This document shows positions 35,948-45,725 of a stretch of DNA of 64,000 bases, in pieces. Both the position numbers and the translations under genes were made by a program. The notes under the pieces are model-generated. The model searched no databases and was not told the DNA's origin. It saw only the letters and a list, made by a program, of their open reading frames with translations. The stretch is from a virus (Duplodnaviria; Caudoviricetes): positions 193 through 64,192 of the IMG/VR virus record IMGVR_UViG_3300006116_000001; one strand, written 5' to 3'. Numbering within the stretch: the stretch's first letter is position 1; every line of letters begins with the position of its first letter.

Positions 35948-36324
35948 GAATAGAAGCTCACGTTGACGATGGCGCCAGCGGTGACGGCGATGAACTTGAT
36001 CGCCGCCATTTCAGCCGCGCCTCCTAAAGGCAAAACGGTGCCGGCGGCCAATAGCATGCCGACCGTGGTCGTTGGGTTGGTCCCGTCATCTCGATAACGT
36101 ACCGATTGCGCTTCAATGATAATCACGCAATAGGTCGCGCCAGTCGGAATGGTCCCCAAGCCAACCGCCGAGCTGGTCGCGGTGATCTGACTATAGCCCA
36201 AGGGTGTGGCGCTGTAAGGCGCGCCGCCGCTGCCGTTAGTGAAGGCCGTTCCGGCGGCGTTGACCAGGCGAACCGGGATCGCCCCGCTGGGGACCGTTTG
36301 GTCGTTAGAAACGGGTTGGGTCAT
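35944..36324 (-). CDS. Small beta-rich virion-type protein
   Basis: 126-aa ORF coupled to the next gene. Confidence 0.6.
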   Translation of the reverse strand: MTQPVSNDQTVPSGAIPVRLVNAAGTAFTNGSGGAPYSATPLGYSQITATSSAVGLGTIPTGATYCVIIIEAQSVRYRDDGTNPTTTVGMLLAAGTVLPLGGAAEMAAIKFIAVTAGAIVNVSFYS

Positions 36325-36387
36325 CTATGGCGAGCTTTCTAGCTTTTGACTAGGATTAAACTAATTTGGAGACGGGAGAGGCGGCCA

Positions 36388-37596
36388 TTAGTGAGCCGCC
36401 CACGCGTATGTGCCGCCGCTCGATCGACACAAGGCAAGCGTTCCAACGTTAGAGCCCCCGGTTAACGCTCCGTTATAGCTTGGCGCGGTGGCGTCGGTGA
36501 CGAAGGCGATCTTGCCCGCATAGGTCGAGTTGCACGTTGGAAGCGTGGCGACGGTGTAGGAGGCAAGCTGGACGCTTTGAGCCTTTTCGTTGCCTGAGCC
36601 GTCGACACTAAAGCTGGGCGAGGCAAACGCGTAATTAGAGAACGCGTAGCCTCTAAGATCAACGCCGTTAGCAATAGTGTCGCCTAAAGACCCGCCAAGC
36701 ACGCCAGCATGCGACCAAGTGCTGATCAGAGAGCCTGTCGCGCGAATTGAATTATAACCCGCGTAAGAACCAAAGCAGAAACCGCAATCCCAGCCTTTGT
36801 CGTATGTCGCCGCATCATTGCCGTTGACCGTGATGGCCGCATTCTCTGTGTAGCCGTTGACGTTGTTAGAAGCGCCAGCGGTTCCAACTTGAAGCCCGAT
36901 CAACTGAGAGACGCTAGAGCCTGTATAAGCTCCCACGTCGATCTCTTCGCCGACACACTGCGCCCAATAGGTCGCGCCCGACAAGACAATGCACTGAGGG
37001 TTAGAGCCAAAGAGGCCGCCCTGAGGCGTGGTCGCCGTGCCGCCTTCGCTGGCCTGCGTGAGGGCTTGAAACCAGCCGGCGGTGTAAGACGCGTTAACTC
37101 CGTTTCCAGTGGTGGAGTTGAGCGCAATAATGCCTTGGACCGCAATTCGCGAACCTGTGACGTTAGAGCCACCGACGTTCAACGCCTCGCGTATTCCCGA
37201 CATATTGGCTCCTTTAGTGGAGCCGTTGTCGTAGTGGGTTAAATCAAGGCCAAAGGCGTTTTGAGTAGATCCGGGCGTTCCAGAAAATCCTGAGTATTGA
37301 AAAAACGGGGAATATGTTGAAAGCGCACCGCTGCCCCATGTACCGCTTGGGGCAAGAATTATGTTTGAAAATTCACCTGTTGCAGCCCCGCCAAGAGCTG
37401 TTCCTATAGCGGTCCCATTAATCGTCCCCCCAGTGATAGCCACCGAAGAGGCGTTCTGTTGGGCCATAGTTCCGCCGCCGGCCGCGACGATCTTCTGCGC
37501 CTGGCACTGGAAGTTGCAGGTCTGGGATATGGCGGATGAGGCAAGGCCCATTAGGCAGAGGCTCAGGGCAAAAAAGCAAAAAGAGCGAAACATCAT
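36388..37596 (-). CDS. Fibre-like protein with signal peptide (SP-fibre 1)
   Basis: MMFRSFCFFALSLCLMGLASSAIS|Q; fibre-type C-terminus YTVATLPTC...FVTDATAP...C...W; 8 Cys in the mature part. Confidence 0.7.
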   Translation of the reverse strand: MMFRSFCFFALSLCLMGLASSAISQTCNFQCQAQKIVAAGGGTMAQQNASSVAITGGTINGTAIGTALGGAATGEFSNIILAPSGTWGSGALSTYSPFFQYSGFSGTPGSTQNAFGLDLTHYDNGSTKGANMSGIREALNVGGSNVTGSRIAVQGIIALNSTTGNGVNASYTAGWFQALTQASEGGTATTPQGGLFGSNPQCIVLSGATYWAQCVGEEIDVGAYTGSSVSQLIGLQVGTAGASNNVNGYTENAAITVNGNDAATYDKGWDCGFCFGSYAGYNSIRATGSLISTWSHAGVLGGSLGDTIANGVDLRGYAFSNYAFASPSFSVDGSGNEKAQSVQLASYTVATLPTCNSTYAGKIAFVTDATAPSYNGALTGGSNVGTLALCRSSGGTYAWAAH

Positions 37597-40229
37597 GACA
37601 GTCCTGTGTAGCCCGGACGCTTTGTGATCATGGCCTGAAGATTGCCTGCCGTCAGCGATTGGCTAGAGCCCGTCCCATTATAGAACGTATATTGGATTGT
37701 GTTCGTCGCGGACACATAGGCGGTGAGAAGGCAACCCTTGAGGTCTTGCGAGTAGGACGGCGACACGATGTCCCCGAGGGCCGCGCCCCGCACGAAAATA
37801 GAACCAAGTTGGTAGGACGAGCCAGACGTAATAGTCCCCGGCGTTGCGGCGGTGACGGGAGATGAAAGGACGGGGCCGATAAAGCCGTCAGAATTGGCCC
37901 CTAACAAATTTGTTGTGCCGGTTTTGTTTCCGTCGAGAACATTTCCGCTAAAGACGTTGTCAAGCACGCCAGAACCAGAAACATTGTATTCAGCAATGCC
38001 ATATTGCTGCGTGGGCGAACCCTGACTGTCGGTGCAAACGTTGCCCGTCACGGCGCAGTGCTGCGCCGCGTAGCTGGGAATGGAGTAAAGGGTGATTCCG
38101 CTGCCGTTGAGCTGGCCGTTGTTGAGACAGAAATTATTTCCGCAAGAGATGTACGGCGCGCCCAGCGAGATACCGTGCCCCGAGTTTGAATAGCAGACGT
38201 TGCCGGTGATCGAGGTGTAAGCCGCCCAACATTCAATGCCGGACGGAAAGGTTGTGTTGATGTCGAGGCCAGTGCCGGCGGCGCAATAATTGTCGGAGAT
38301 GATAGTGAGCAAGGCGCCCACATTGGGACCGATGGCAATGCCACCGCCGAAGTAGGTGCCCGAGATATAATTGTTGGTGATAATGCCGCCTGAACCGTTG
38401 CTAAAGATGCCGGTTCCAATGCAAGTGCAACCCGAGATCTCGTAACCGGTGTCCGGCCCCAGCGCATTCGAGACGTTGATCGCCTGGTTGTAGCGGTTGG
38501 AGGGCGAGGGCATGTTGAAGTAGCAGCGCCGGATCGCCCAGTTGTTGCCCTCGTCCACCGCGAGCCCGATGGTCTGTTGCTGGATCCCGGTGAAGCGGCA
38601 ATTTTCCACGGTCCAGTTGGAGCAGTTTACAAACTGCAGCGCGGCGTAGACGTTGCCGGGCGTGCCGGTGGCGGTGATGGTCTCCGAGCTGATCGGCGAG
38701 CCCTGCGCGATGCCCAGGTTGTAGGTGCCGGTGCCGCCGGCGCCGGTGCCAAGGGACAGGATAAATTGCCCTGTCGCGACGCCCGCGCCCGAAATCGGCT
38801 GACCGACGGCCAGGGAGCCGCTAGTCACCGCAGTGACCGTCATCACCGGCGCGGTGGCGCCCGAAATGTAGCCGGCGCCCGTCTGACCGGCGGTGATCGA
38901 CGCCGTCACGACTGCGACGCTGGGCGTTGAGAAGATGCCGGCGCTGATGTCGAAGGTGAGCCCGATCGTGCGCGAATTGTTGGAATTCGCCATCGCCACG
39001 ACCGACCCGTAATTTGTGCCTGTCGAGAACGATTGCGCCAGCGCCTTGATGATCGTGCTTTGCGGATCCTCGCCGATCCAGTCGCAGCCGTTCCGAGTGA
39101 CCGTCGTGTTGCTGATGCCGTAGGTGTAGGCGGGGAAATAGAGGGCCTTGCCGGCGGCTGTAGCAGCGGTATCGGCGGTGTTGATGATCGACGTCCAGTC
39201 AGCGCCAGACGCGGGCGGGGACGTGCCGGCGAAGTCCCACACGGACATGACGTCAGCTAGCTTTGAAGGAGCGGTGCGCGCTGCGGCCCCTGTAGCGCCT
39301 GACAAGTATTGCAGGGCGGTTAGGGCGGCGGTCGCTGTGGTTGCGCCTGTGCCCCCGTTTGCAAGGCCAAGCGTGCCTGTAACGTTGCTAAAATTAGCAT
39401 TTGCTACGTTAGCTATGTTTAACGTACCAAATGCGATGATGTCTATCAGGTCGTTAGCTGTGGCGCCGGTTTTCAAGACAACCGTCGCGCCGTCAGTTGC
39501 GGTATAGCTAGTCGTCTCTTGCAAAACGCCGTTTTGAAAGACCTCGACAAAGCCAACATTGTAAGCGGCGCTGAAGATCGTCTGACCGCTCGTCGCCGTA
39601 TAGGTCGTCCGCGTAAAGGTCGGGCTGGGCGTGACGACGCTGGTCGAGGTGTTGTAGGCGATGATTTCCAAATAATCACCAGCGGTCAGCCCGCCGCTAA
39701 AAACGACGTTATAACCGTTAGTGGCCGTGTAGGCCGGCGCGGGGACGAGCGTGCCGTTGTTGTAGACCTCTAGCTGGCCTGGCGTATAGGTGGCCCCAAA
39801 GGTCGTTTGGCCTGACGTCGCCGTATAAGCCGTCCGAGTGAAAAACGCCGTTCCCCCGCCGCCTCCGCCGCCCGTGCCAATGGCCGAGGTCGGCACCTTA
39901 ACCGCCGCGCCAGCTTGAATGATGGTCACAAGCTCTGTGCCTGCCAAGGGCGTGACGCCCGAGGGCAGGTCTGAGACAAGGTTGGCAAACGCGCCCGTCG
40001 ACGTGTTGCTGAGGTCCGTCATCGCCGCGCCGTTTTGCACGGCGATCAGGCCGACGGCCGCAGCCGGCGTGCTGCCTGCGGCATAGTAGGTTAAATTGGT
40101 CAGCAGCGGCGCGCAGTTGGCGAAGTTTTGATCAAGCAAAGCAAGGCTAAGCGTCGGCCCTGCAGGAGGGACGATGCTTGGGTTGCCGCCTGAGCTGAAG
40201 GTGTTTGAGTTAGGGAGGCCTGTGGTCAT
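37593..40229 (-). CDS. Tailspike/receptor-binding protein with right-handed beta-helix (pectate-lyase-like)
   Basis: Two RTxYTATSGQTxF repeats, then SVWDF...D.T..IN.A...GKALYFP entry motif and ISDNYC/ITGNVC/VTGNVC beta-helix rungs. Confidence 0.8.
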   Translation of the reverse strand: MTTGLPNSNTFSSGGNPSIVPPAGPTLSLALLDQNFANCAPLLTNLTYYAAGSTPAAAVGLIAVQNGAAMTDLSNTSTGAFANLVSDLPSGVTPLAGTELVTIIQAGAAVKVPTSAIGTGGGGGGGTAFFTRTAYTATSGQTTFGATYTPGQLEVYNNGTLVPAPAYTATNGYNVVFSGGLTAGDYLEIIAYNTSTSVVTPSPTFTRTTYTATSGQTIFSAAYNVGFVEVFQNGVLQETTSYTATDGATVVLKTGATANDLIDIIAFGTLNIANVANANFSNVTGTLGLANGGTGATTATAALTALQYLSGATGAAARTAPSKLADVMSVWDFAGTSPPASGADWTSIINTADTAATAAGKALYFPAYTYGISNTTVTRNGCDWIGEDPQSTIIKALAQSFSTGTNYGSVVAMANSNNSRTIGLTFDISAGIFSTPSVAVVTASITAGQTGAGYISGATAPVMTVTAVTSGSLAVGQPISGAGVATGQFILSLGTGAGGTGTYNLGIAQGSPISSETITATGTPGNVYAALQFVNCSNWTVENCRFTGIQQQTIGLAVDEGNNWAIRRCYFNMPSPSNRYNQAINVSNALGPDTGYEISGCTCIGTGIFSNGSGGIITNNYISGTYFGGGIAIGPNVGALLTIISDNYCAAGTGLDINTTFPSGIECWAAYTSITGNVCYSNSGHGISLGAPYISCGNNFCLNNGQLNGSGITLYSIPSYAAQHCAVTGNVCTDSQGSPTQQYGIAEYNVSGSGVLDNVFSGNVLDGNKTGTTNLLGANSDGFIGPVLSSPVTAATPGTITSGSSYQLGSIFVRGAALGDIVSPSYSQDLKGCLLTAYVSATNTIQYTFYNGTGSSQSLTAGNLQAMITKRPGYTGLS

Positions 40230-40230
40230 G

Positions 40231-41079
40231 CTAGGTCTTGATCAAGAACATGACAGCAAGGTTGATCGGGCGCGTTTCATTTCCGTAGGGCACAGCGCCA
40301 TTGGTGCCGTCGTTCACCGGCTCGCCGGTCGCAACGACTGGGGCAGAAACGTTGGTGCCGGTAGACCCGGTGAAGCCGTTGCCGGTCGTGCTAGCCGGCA
40401 GCACGCCCGCTGAACCGTTGAGCGGGTGAATGTGGCCCTGCATCTGTTGACCCTGCGTCGAACCAAGCGAACGACCGCTGTCGACCGTAGAGCCATGGGA
40501 CCAGCCGCGGGGGAAATAGCCGCGGAAGTCAGGGACATTAAACGTGGCGCCTGAACCGCCGTAGGTGTAGCCAATCACCGCAAACAAGGCGGCATAGGTC
40601 GTCGTCGAGACGCCCGCGCCGTTACATTCAAGATAACCGGTCGGAGGGGAACTGGCCGCATACATGATGATGCTGGCCGTAGGAACGAGGTTCGCGGAGC
40701 TGGCGGGCGTATAGCCCAGCGCCGTCGTGACCATCGAGCCCGTCAGCGTGCTGCCGAGGTCTTGGACCTGCAGAGCTTGAGCCGCCTGACCCGCGCTCCA
40801 CTGGTTGGCAAAATAGTCGCCGCTTAGCCAAGAGACGGCCGTCGTGCCTTCTTGACCTCGAACGACGGTTAGGCTGTCGCCGCTGATCGCTGTTACCTTG
40901 ACGATTTCGCGCACTAGGCCTGTGGCCGCGTCGTTCAGCGTGCCAATGAAATACTGGCTTCCGGTCAAAGACGGGAAGAGAGCGCCTGAGCCGGTGGTGA
41001 GCGCGATCGTCGTCGCTGTGTTCGTGATGGACGAAGCGAGCGTCGTGCTGGCGTTATTTGCAAATTGACACGTGGTAAT
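40231..41079 (-). CDS. Tail fibre with collar domain; probable non-canonical ATT start at 41079
   Basis: Frame open upstream of the track start (FANNASTTLASSI...); collar motif PTASIIMYAASSPPTGYLECNG...YAALFAVIG...FNVPDFRGYFPRG. Confidence 0.8.
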   Translation of the reverse strand: MTTCQFANNASTTLASSITNTATTIALTTGSGALFPSLTGSQYFIGTLNDAATGLVREIVKVTAISGDSLTVVRGQEGTTAVSWLSGDYFANQWSAGQAAQALQVQDLGSTLTGSMVTTALGYTPASSANLVPTASIIMYAASSPPTGYLECNGAGVSTTTYAALFAVIGYTYGGSGATFNVPDFRGYFPRGWSHGSTVDSGRSLGSTQGQQMQGHIHPLNGSAGVLPASTTGNGFTGSTGTNVSAPVVATGEPVNDGTNGAVPYGNETRPINLAVMFLIKT

Positions 41080-41093
41080 TTGACTATTCCTTC

Positions 41094-41921
41094 CTAGGCG
41101 TTGACCGTGAAGGTGATCTGAAATGGAAGCTCAAGGGCTCCCGCGGCGATAGCCGCCTTTAAGATCGGCGCTTCAGTAATCGAAGGGTAATAGATAGTTT
41201 TGGTCTTCACTTTGTCGAACGGCGTGGTGTTGAAGGCCGAGGTGTTGAAGATAGAGCCGCCTTGGCGCGTCGTGTACGAATGAGAGATGTTGATTGTGCA
41301 GTTGTAGCCTGAGACGGACACCGAAACACGGTAGGTTTGATCAACGCCATAGTCGACGCCATTGCCGCCGAACAAAAAGCGCATGATCCTACGCTTTAGC
41401 CAACGAATGTTGAAGACCTTGCCGTCGCCTTTGTAAAAGGCCCAAGTGATGATGCGCTTAAAGGTGTCGTCGTTGGTGACGTAGTAGTTGGCGTAGGTCG
41501 AGTTTTTTGAGCCGTTGATCGGAAAGGTGTTGAAAGCGAAGGTGTCGAGCGCGGCGCGGCGCGTCGTGGCGTTAGAAGGCAGGCTCGGTCGGCTGATGCC
41601 GTAGAGCCCTTGAGCGACCCAATCAAGCAGCGGCCCTGAAAGGTTAGTGTAGACGCCAAGCGGGTTTTGCGCAAACCAGGTGACGTAGTTTTGTGCTATC
41701 TGATTATAGGCCGTTACGAACGCTTGAACGTTCGGGTCGTCATTGTATTCATTGTAGAGATAGGCCGGAAGAACGTTTTGAAGCGTTGAAGGACCAGCTG
41801 GCGGAAAGACCGTTGGGCCATAATTGACCGGCTGAACGTCGTTCCAAAAGCCTTGATGGCTATGGTTGTCAACCCAAATGCCTTCATGCCCGTTGACATC
41901 AACCCAAAAAGCCTCGGCCAT
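41094..41921 (-). CDS. Baseplate wedge protein (gpI/DUF2612-like)
   Basis: Follows baseplate J; LLDWVAQGLYGISRP; DDTFKRIITW. Confidence 0.7.
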   Translation of the reverse strand: MAEAFWVDVNGHEGIWVDNHSHQGFWNDVQPVNYGPTVFPPAGPSTLQNVLPAYLYNEYNDDPNVQAFVTAYNQIAQNYVTWFAQNPLGVYTNLSGPLLDWVAQGLYGISRPSLPSNATTRRAALDTFAFNTFPINGSKNSTYANYYVTNDDTFKRIITWAFYKGDGKVFNIRWLKRRIMRFLFGGNGVDYGVDQTYRVSVSVSGYNCTINISHSYTTRQGGSIFNTSAFNTTPFDKVKTKTIYYPSITEAPILKAAIAAGALELPFQITFTVNA

Positions 41922-41922
41922 T

Positions 41923-43347
41923 TTAGCCCTGGTTCACGGTGATGAGGCCAACGTTGGTTTGAAAATAGCTCTGCGGGTCGCCAGCGATGATGCCTGTGCC
42001 GCTGGTCGGCGAGACGCCCACGCCGTTGATGCTGACGGAGAACACGAGGCGCGTGAGCAGCGCATTGGGAATAATGTTCGCGGTCGCAGCCTGAAAAGTT
42101 GCCTGAAGCTCAAAAACGTTGATTGGCTGACCAACCGTGATTGAGTTGATGTAGGCGACGATGGCCGGTTGAGCCGCCTGAGCGATCGAGGCTGGAGCTA
42201 CAGTGTTGGGAGAGATGGTGTTCCACGTCACCGTCATGGAGACGGTTTGCTGCGGCGGGTTGACAAACTGAATGGTGTAGGTGTCGGGATAATCGATCAG
42301 GTTGACTGAGATATTGCGCGTGTTGGGCGTGACAACGCCCCCGGAGACGTAAGAGCCAAAACCAGTCGTGTTGACGCCAAAGCTGAAGGTCGTCGGCGTG
42401 AGGACCGTTACGGTGTAACCTGTCCCGTTGGCCCCGGTCATGCCGGTGACGCCCGAGATCGCCACGCCGGTTTGGCCGGTCGTGAAGCCGTGGTTGATGG
42501 CCGTCGTCACGACGCCGGGGTTGGCGTTAGTGATGCCGGTAATGGTCGTGACCGAGGGTTGCAGGTTCGAGATGTCAAACAGCGCGCAAAAGATGGCGTA
42601 AGCCACGGCGTAAGGGTCACCACCGCCGCAGATGACGAGCCAACCGGGCGATTGCTGAATGACGTTGATGAGGCGCGTTTGAACGCCCGGCACCTGCCCG
42701 AGCAAAGTCGTCAAAAATGAAGGGAAGCCCGTTGCGGCCGCCAGGCCCGCTTTCAGCGTCCGCGCCCTATAGCTCGCCTCGGTCTCGCCTCCAGTGGAAG
42801 GGACGCCCGTCACCGGGTTGGTGACGCTAAGCGAGATGGTCGTCGGAACGCTCGTGACGAGCTGTGTTACAGAGCCGACCGGAACGCCGAATGAGCCAGA
42901 GGTCGTCGAGACAGCGTAGAGCTGCGCCGACGAACCGCTGGCCGCGATCGCGCCGCCGTCTTGAATAACATATTGATTGGTGCCGTCAGAGACGATGAAG
43001 CCGGCTGGAATGACGAAGCCGATAGTGCCAGTGAAAACGACGTAGACTGAGGTGTTGACCGTCTGGCCTAGTGCGGTGCCGTAGATTTGGCCAAGCTGAT
43101 AGAGCGTAAAAGCGTTGGCCGCGTAGGGCGTCAACGAGTTAATAGCCTCAGTGACAGCCTGGTCGGATTGAACGACAGCGCCCGTCGCCGTGGAAGCCAG
43201 GTCTTCGATCAAAAGGCCAGGAAGGCTGGCCGTGAGACCAGGAGACAAGGTCTGTGCAAGGGCGATCACCTGCGCCAACAGCGTTGACGGCGGCGTGTTG
43301 GTGCGCCCTGCGCTCGTCAGCGAGATGGGGATTGAGGTGTCAGCCAT
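41923..43347 (-). CDS. Baseplate J-like protein with inserted beta-domain
   Basis: V.FTGTIGFVIPAG, VTNP...GGETEASYRAR. Confidence 0.85.
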   Translation of the reverse strand: MADTSIPISLTSAGRTNTPPSTLLAQVIALAQTLSPGLTASLPGLLIEDLASTATGAVVQSDQAVTEAINSLTPYAANAFTLYQLGQIYGTALGQTVNTSVYVVFTGTIGFVIPAGFIVSDGTNQYVIQDGGAIAASGSSAQLYAVSTTSGSFGVPVGSVTQLVTSVPTTISLSVTNPVTGVPSTGGETEASYRARTLKAGLAAATGFPSFLTTLLGQVPGVQTRLINVIQQSPGWLVICGGGDPYAVAYAIFCALFDISNLQPSVTTITGITNANPGVVTTAINHGFTTGQTGVAISGVTGMTGANGTGYTVTVLTPTTFSFGVNTTGFGSYVSGGVVTPNTRNISVNLIDYPDTYTIQFVNPPQQTVSMTVTWNTISPNTVAPASIAQAAQPAIVAYINSITVGQPINVFELQATFQAATANIIPNALLTRLVFSVSINGVGVSPTSGTGIIAGDPQSYFQTNVGLITVNQG

Positions 43348-43348
43348 C

Positions 43349-43696
43349 TTAGTTTGGAACGCTCAGGCTCAAGCTAACCCCCTGGTTTGTGATGCAAGCA
43401 ATCTTATAGGTAGGGGGAATGGTTGCTGTTTGAGTGATAATCAAAGAAGCGAAATAGGGCGCGAAGCGCTGCTGCGTAAGAGCGACGTAGTAGTTTGGCG
43501 CGATCTGTTGAATAACCGAGCGTTGGGCCGGGATGCCCCAATCAGCGTAAAAAGGACTCTCGTTGATCGACATCTTCAACACTTGGACAAGCTGGGTGAG
43601 ATAGACCTCAGTGTTGTCGCCAGTGTTCAGGTCAGTATTGACCGCGACCCAGTTGTAACTGCCGTCAGCGTTGTAGACCCTTCCCCAGGCGCGCAT
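43349..43696 (-). CDS. Baseplate protein (gp25/W/Mu gp46-like)
   Basis: Position between spike and J; ESPFYADWGIP. Confidence 0.65.
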   Translation of the reverse strand: MRAWGRVYNADGSYNWVAVNTDLNTGDNTEVYLTQLVQVLKMSINESPFYADWGIPAQRSVIQQIAPNYYVALTQQRFAPYFASLIITQTATIPPTYKIACITNQGVSLSLSVPN

Positions 43697-44499
43697 CAGG
43701 TTGTTCCGTTGGTCGCAAGGCCGTAGTTGACGAGCGCGCTGATGATCGAGGTTAAAACAGCCTTGGCCCTTGTGTCAGTTACGGCGCTTAGCTGACCAGT
43801 GACGGTCTGCTTAGAAACCGGAGACGTGGCAAAAAAGCCAACGTTGCCCCCAAACTGTAAGCCACCGCTGGTCGCTGACATGGTTCCGGAGGGCGAGGTT
43901 ATAGCGACGCCGCCGCTCGTCACCGTGACGTTGTTTGAGCCGTAAGCGAGCTGCGCTTGAGAGCCGGAGAGCGTCCAAAAGGCAGAAACGTTGTAGGTCG
44001 CGACGATGTTCGTGGCGTTAAGGGTCAGGTTGGCAGCATTGCCGACCGTGTTGCGCAGGATCGCCCCGTTTGGCCCATTGATGTCAACGGCATTTAAATC
44101 AAGCGGTGCGGTCCAATTGGTCGATCCCAACCACAAGAAAGCAAGCCCTTGAAGGTTCCCGAGCGGTTCGCCGAGGTTCGGCGTGCCTTTGCCCAGGCCT
44201 GAAACGCCGCCTAGGCGCGCGTCAGCCGGGATGACCATGCCGAGGTCCCCGACCTGCACCGGCAGCCGAACGTAGGTCGAACCAACAACCGGAACTGTGA
44301 CCTGTGGCAGCGTGAAGGGGTTGCCGTTGACCTCAAAGTTGATGGTGACCGTCGCGCCATTGGCCCCGACCTTAGAAACTGCCGCAGGCAGCGCCTTGCC
44401 CTGAGACCAAAGAGCAGCTTGGACCTTTTGCTCAGCAAAGCGGTGTAGGCTTTGGTTGAGCGGGGTCTTGAGGCTGTTGTCGCCGCGTGCGTTGATCAT
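43696..44499 (-). CDS. Baseplate central spike (gpV/gp138-like)
   Basis: OB-fold-like N-terminus (LPQVTVPV...PVQVGDLG) and beta-repeat C-terminus. Confidence 0.7.
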   Translation of the reverse strand: MINARGDNSLKTPLNQSLHRFAEQKVQAALWSQGKALPAAVSKVGANGATVTINFEVNGNPFTLPQVTVPVVGSTYVRLPVQVGDLGMVIPADARLGGVSGLGKGTPNLGEPLGNLQGLAFLWLGSTNWTAPLDLNAVDINGPNGAILRNTVGNAANLTLNATNIVATYNVSAFWTLSGSQAQLAYGSNNVTVTSGGVAITSPSGTMSATSGGLQFGGNVGFFATSPVSKQTVTGQLSAVTDTRAKAVLTSIISALVNYGLATNGTT

Positions 44500-45446
44500 G
44501 TTGGCGAGGCCGGGTAGGCGTTAAAGGTCGTCACCCAAGCGTCGGCGCTGGGTTGACGGTAGGAGCCAACGTGCCGAACAAGGCTGATCTGAAAAACGCC
44601 TTGAAAGGCACTCTGGTCTCTGAACTGCGACTGACTGGCCGCGGTCGTCGTCACAAGCCCGATTGGGAATTTGACGAACGAGCCAACGCTAAGGTCTGCC
44701 CGCATGACGGTGTTAAACTGAATGCTTGGGCTGTCGATCCAGGTCGGCTGGCCAATCAAGTCCGTAAAGGCGAGCTGAATGGGGTCGGTGGCGGTTGACG
44801 AGGTCTGGTTGTCAAAGACGTTGAAGTTGGTGCCGTTCAAGACGATGCTGACGCCAGGGTAACCAGCGGTCGTGATGACTGACTTGCTGATCTGGTTGAT
44901 ATAGTTGGCAAAATCCTCAACGGTTTTGTAAACACCCGTCGCGTGCTCAGACAGCACTAGGCCAGGGTTGATGTTGACCGTCGAGGTGTAGGTCGGGTAA
45001 GCGACCTTCAGCGTTTGAGTAATAACCCGGTCAAGCGGGACGCCCTGCGCCCAGTCCAACACGATGTTTTTAGGTTCTGCCAGCGTTGCGCCGCCGTCGG
45101 CTTGAATGATTAGGTCAAGGGTCTGGTTGGTTCCGACCCAGTTGCCAAACGACTGAAGGATAGTCCCTTGAACCAGCAGACCGCCTTGCTTGGCGTTTGC
45201 GAACGGCAGGCCTTTTTGCATGCCGCCATAGACCGAGATGCTTGCCCCGTTGAAGTCCCGCGCTTGGCTGATGGTCTTAAGGCTCACGCCCCAGATGCGG
45301 ATCGAGGCAAAGCCCATCGGCGTCGCCAAGCCAATGACCGGAATGTCGAGTTCAATTTGAAGCGCTGAGGTGTCCGTGGCGCCATTCAAATATGAGGTAT
45401 AGGTCGCTGAGGTCGAGCCGCTGATGACGATCTGATAATAGCGCAT
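44496..45446 (-). CDS. Baseplate hub protein
   Basis: Position; DLIGQPTWI motif; HVGSYRQP. Confidence 0.65.
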   Translation of the reverse strand: MRYYQIVISGSTSATYTSYLNGATDTSALQIELDIPVIGLATPMGFASIRIWGVSLKTISQARDFNGASISVYGGMQKGLPFANAKQGGLLVQGTILQSFGNWVGTNQTLDLIIQADGGATLAEPKNIVLDWAQGVPLDRVITQTLKVAYPTYTSTVNINPGLVLSEHATGVYKTVEDFANYINQISKSVITTAGYPGVSIVLNGTNFNVFDNQTSSTATDPIQLAFTDLIGQPTWIDSPSIQFNTVMRADLSVGSFVKFPIGLVTTTAASQSQFRDQSAFQGVFQISLVRHVGSYRQPSADAWVTTFNAYPASPT

Positions 45447-45452
45447 CAGGGA

Positions 45453-45725
45453 TCAGGGGTTGACCTCGAATGAGTTTGTTGAGGCGCGAAAAACCAGCGT
45501 CGAGGTTTGAAAGATGCCGGGCACCAGGTTGATGTCGTAGTCGTCAGGCGAGGCAGCGACGGCGATCGTGATCAATGGCGCATTCTGAAGCGTCGAGACG
45601 GTCAGATACCAACGCTGGCCAAACATGTTCCATGTGACCGTAGCCGTATAGATGTTGCCATCAAGGGTCGGCTGAAACTGAAACGGCGGGCTGTTGTTCG
45701 TCGGTTGAAACGCGAAGGTGGTCAT
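45453..45725 (-). CDS. Small baseplate protein
   Basis: FQPTLDG..Y...VTWNMFGQRWYL. Confidence 0.65.
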   Translation of the reverse strand: MTTFAFQPTNNSPPFQFQPTLDGNIYTATVTWNMFGQRWYLTVSTLQNAPLITIAVAASPDDYDINLVPGIFQTSTLVFRASTNSFEVNP

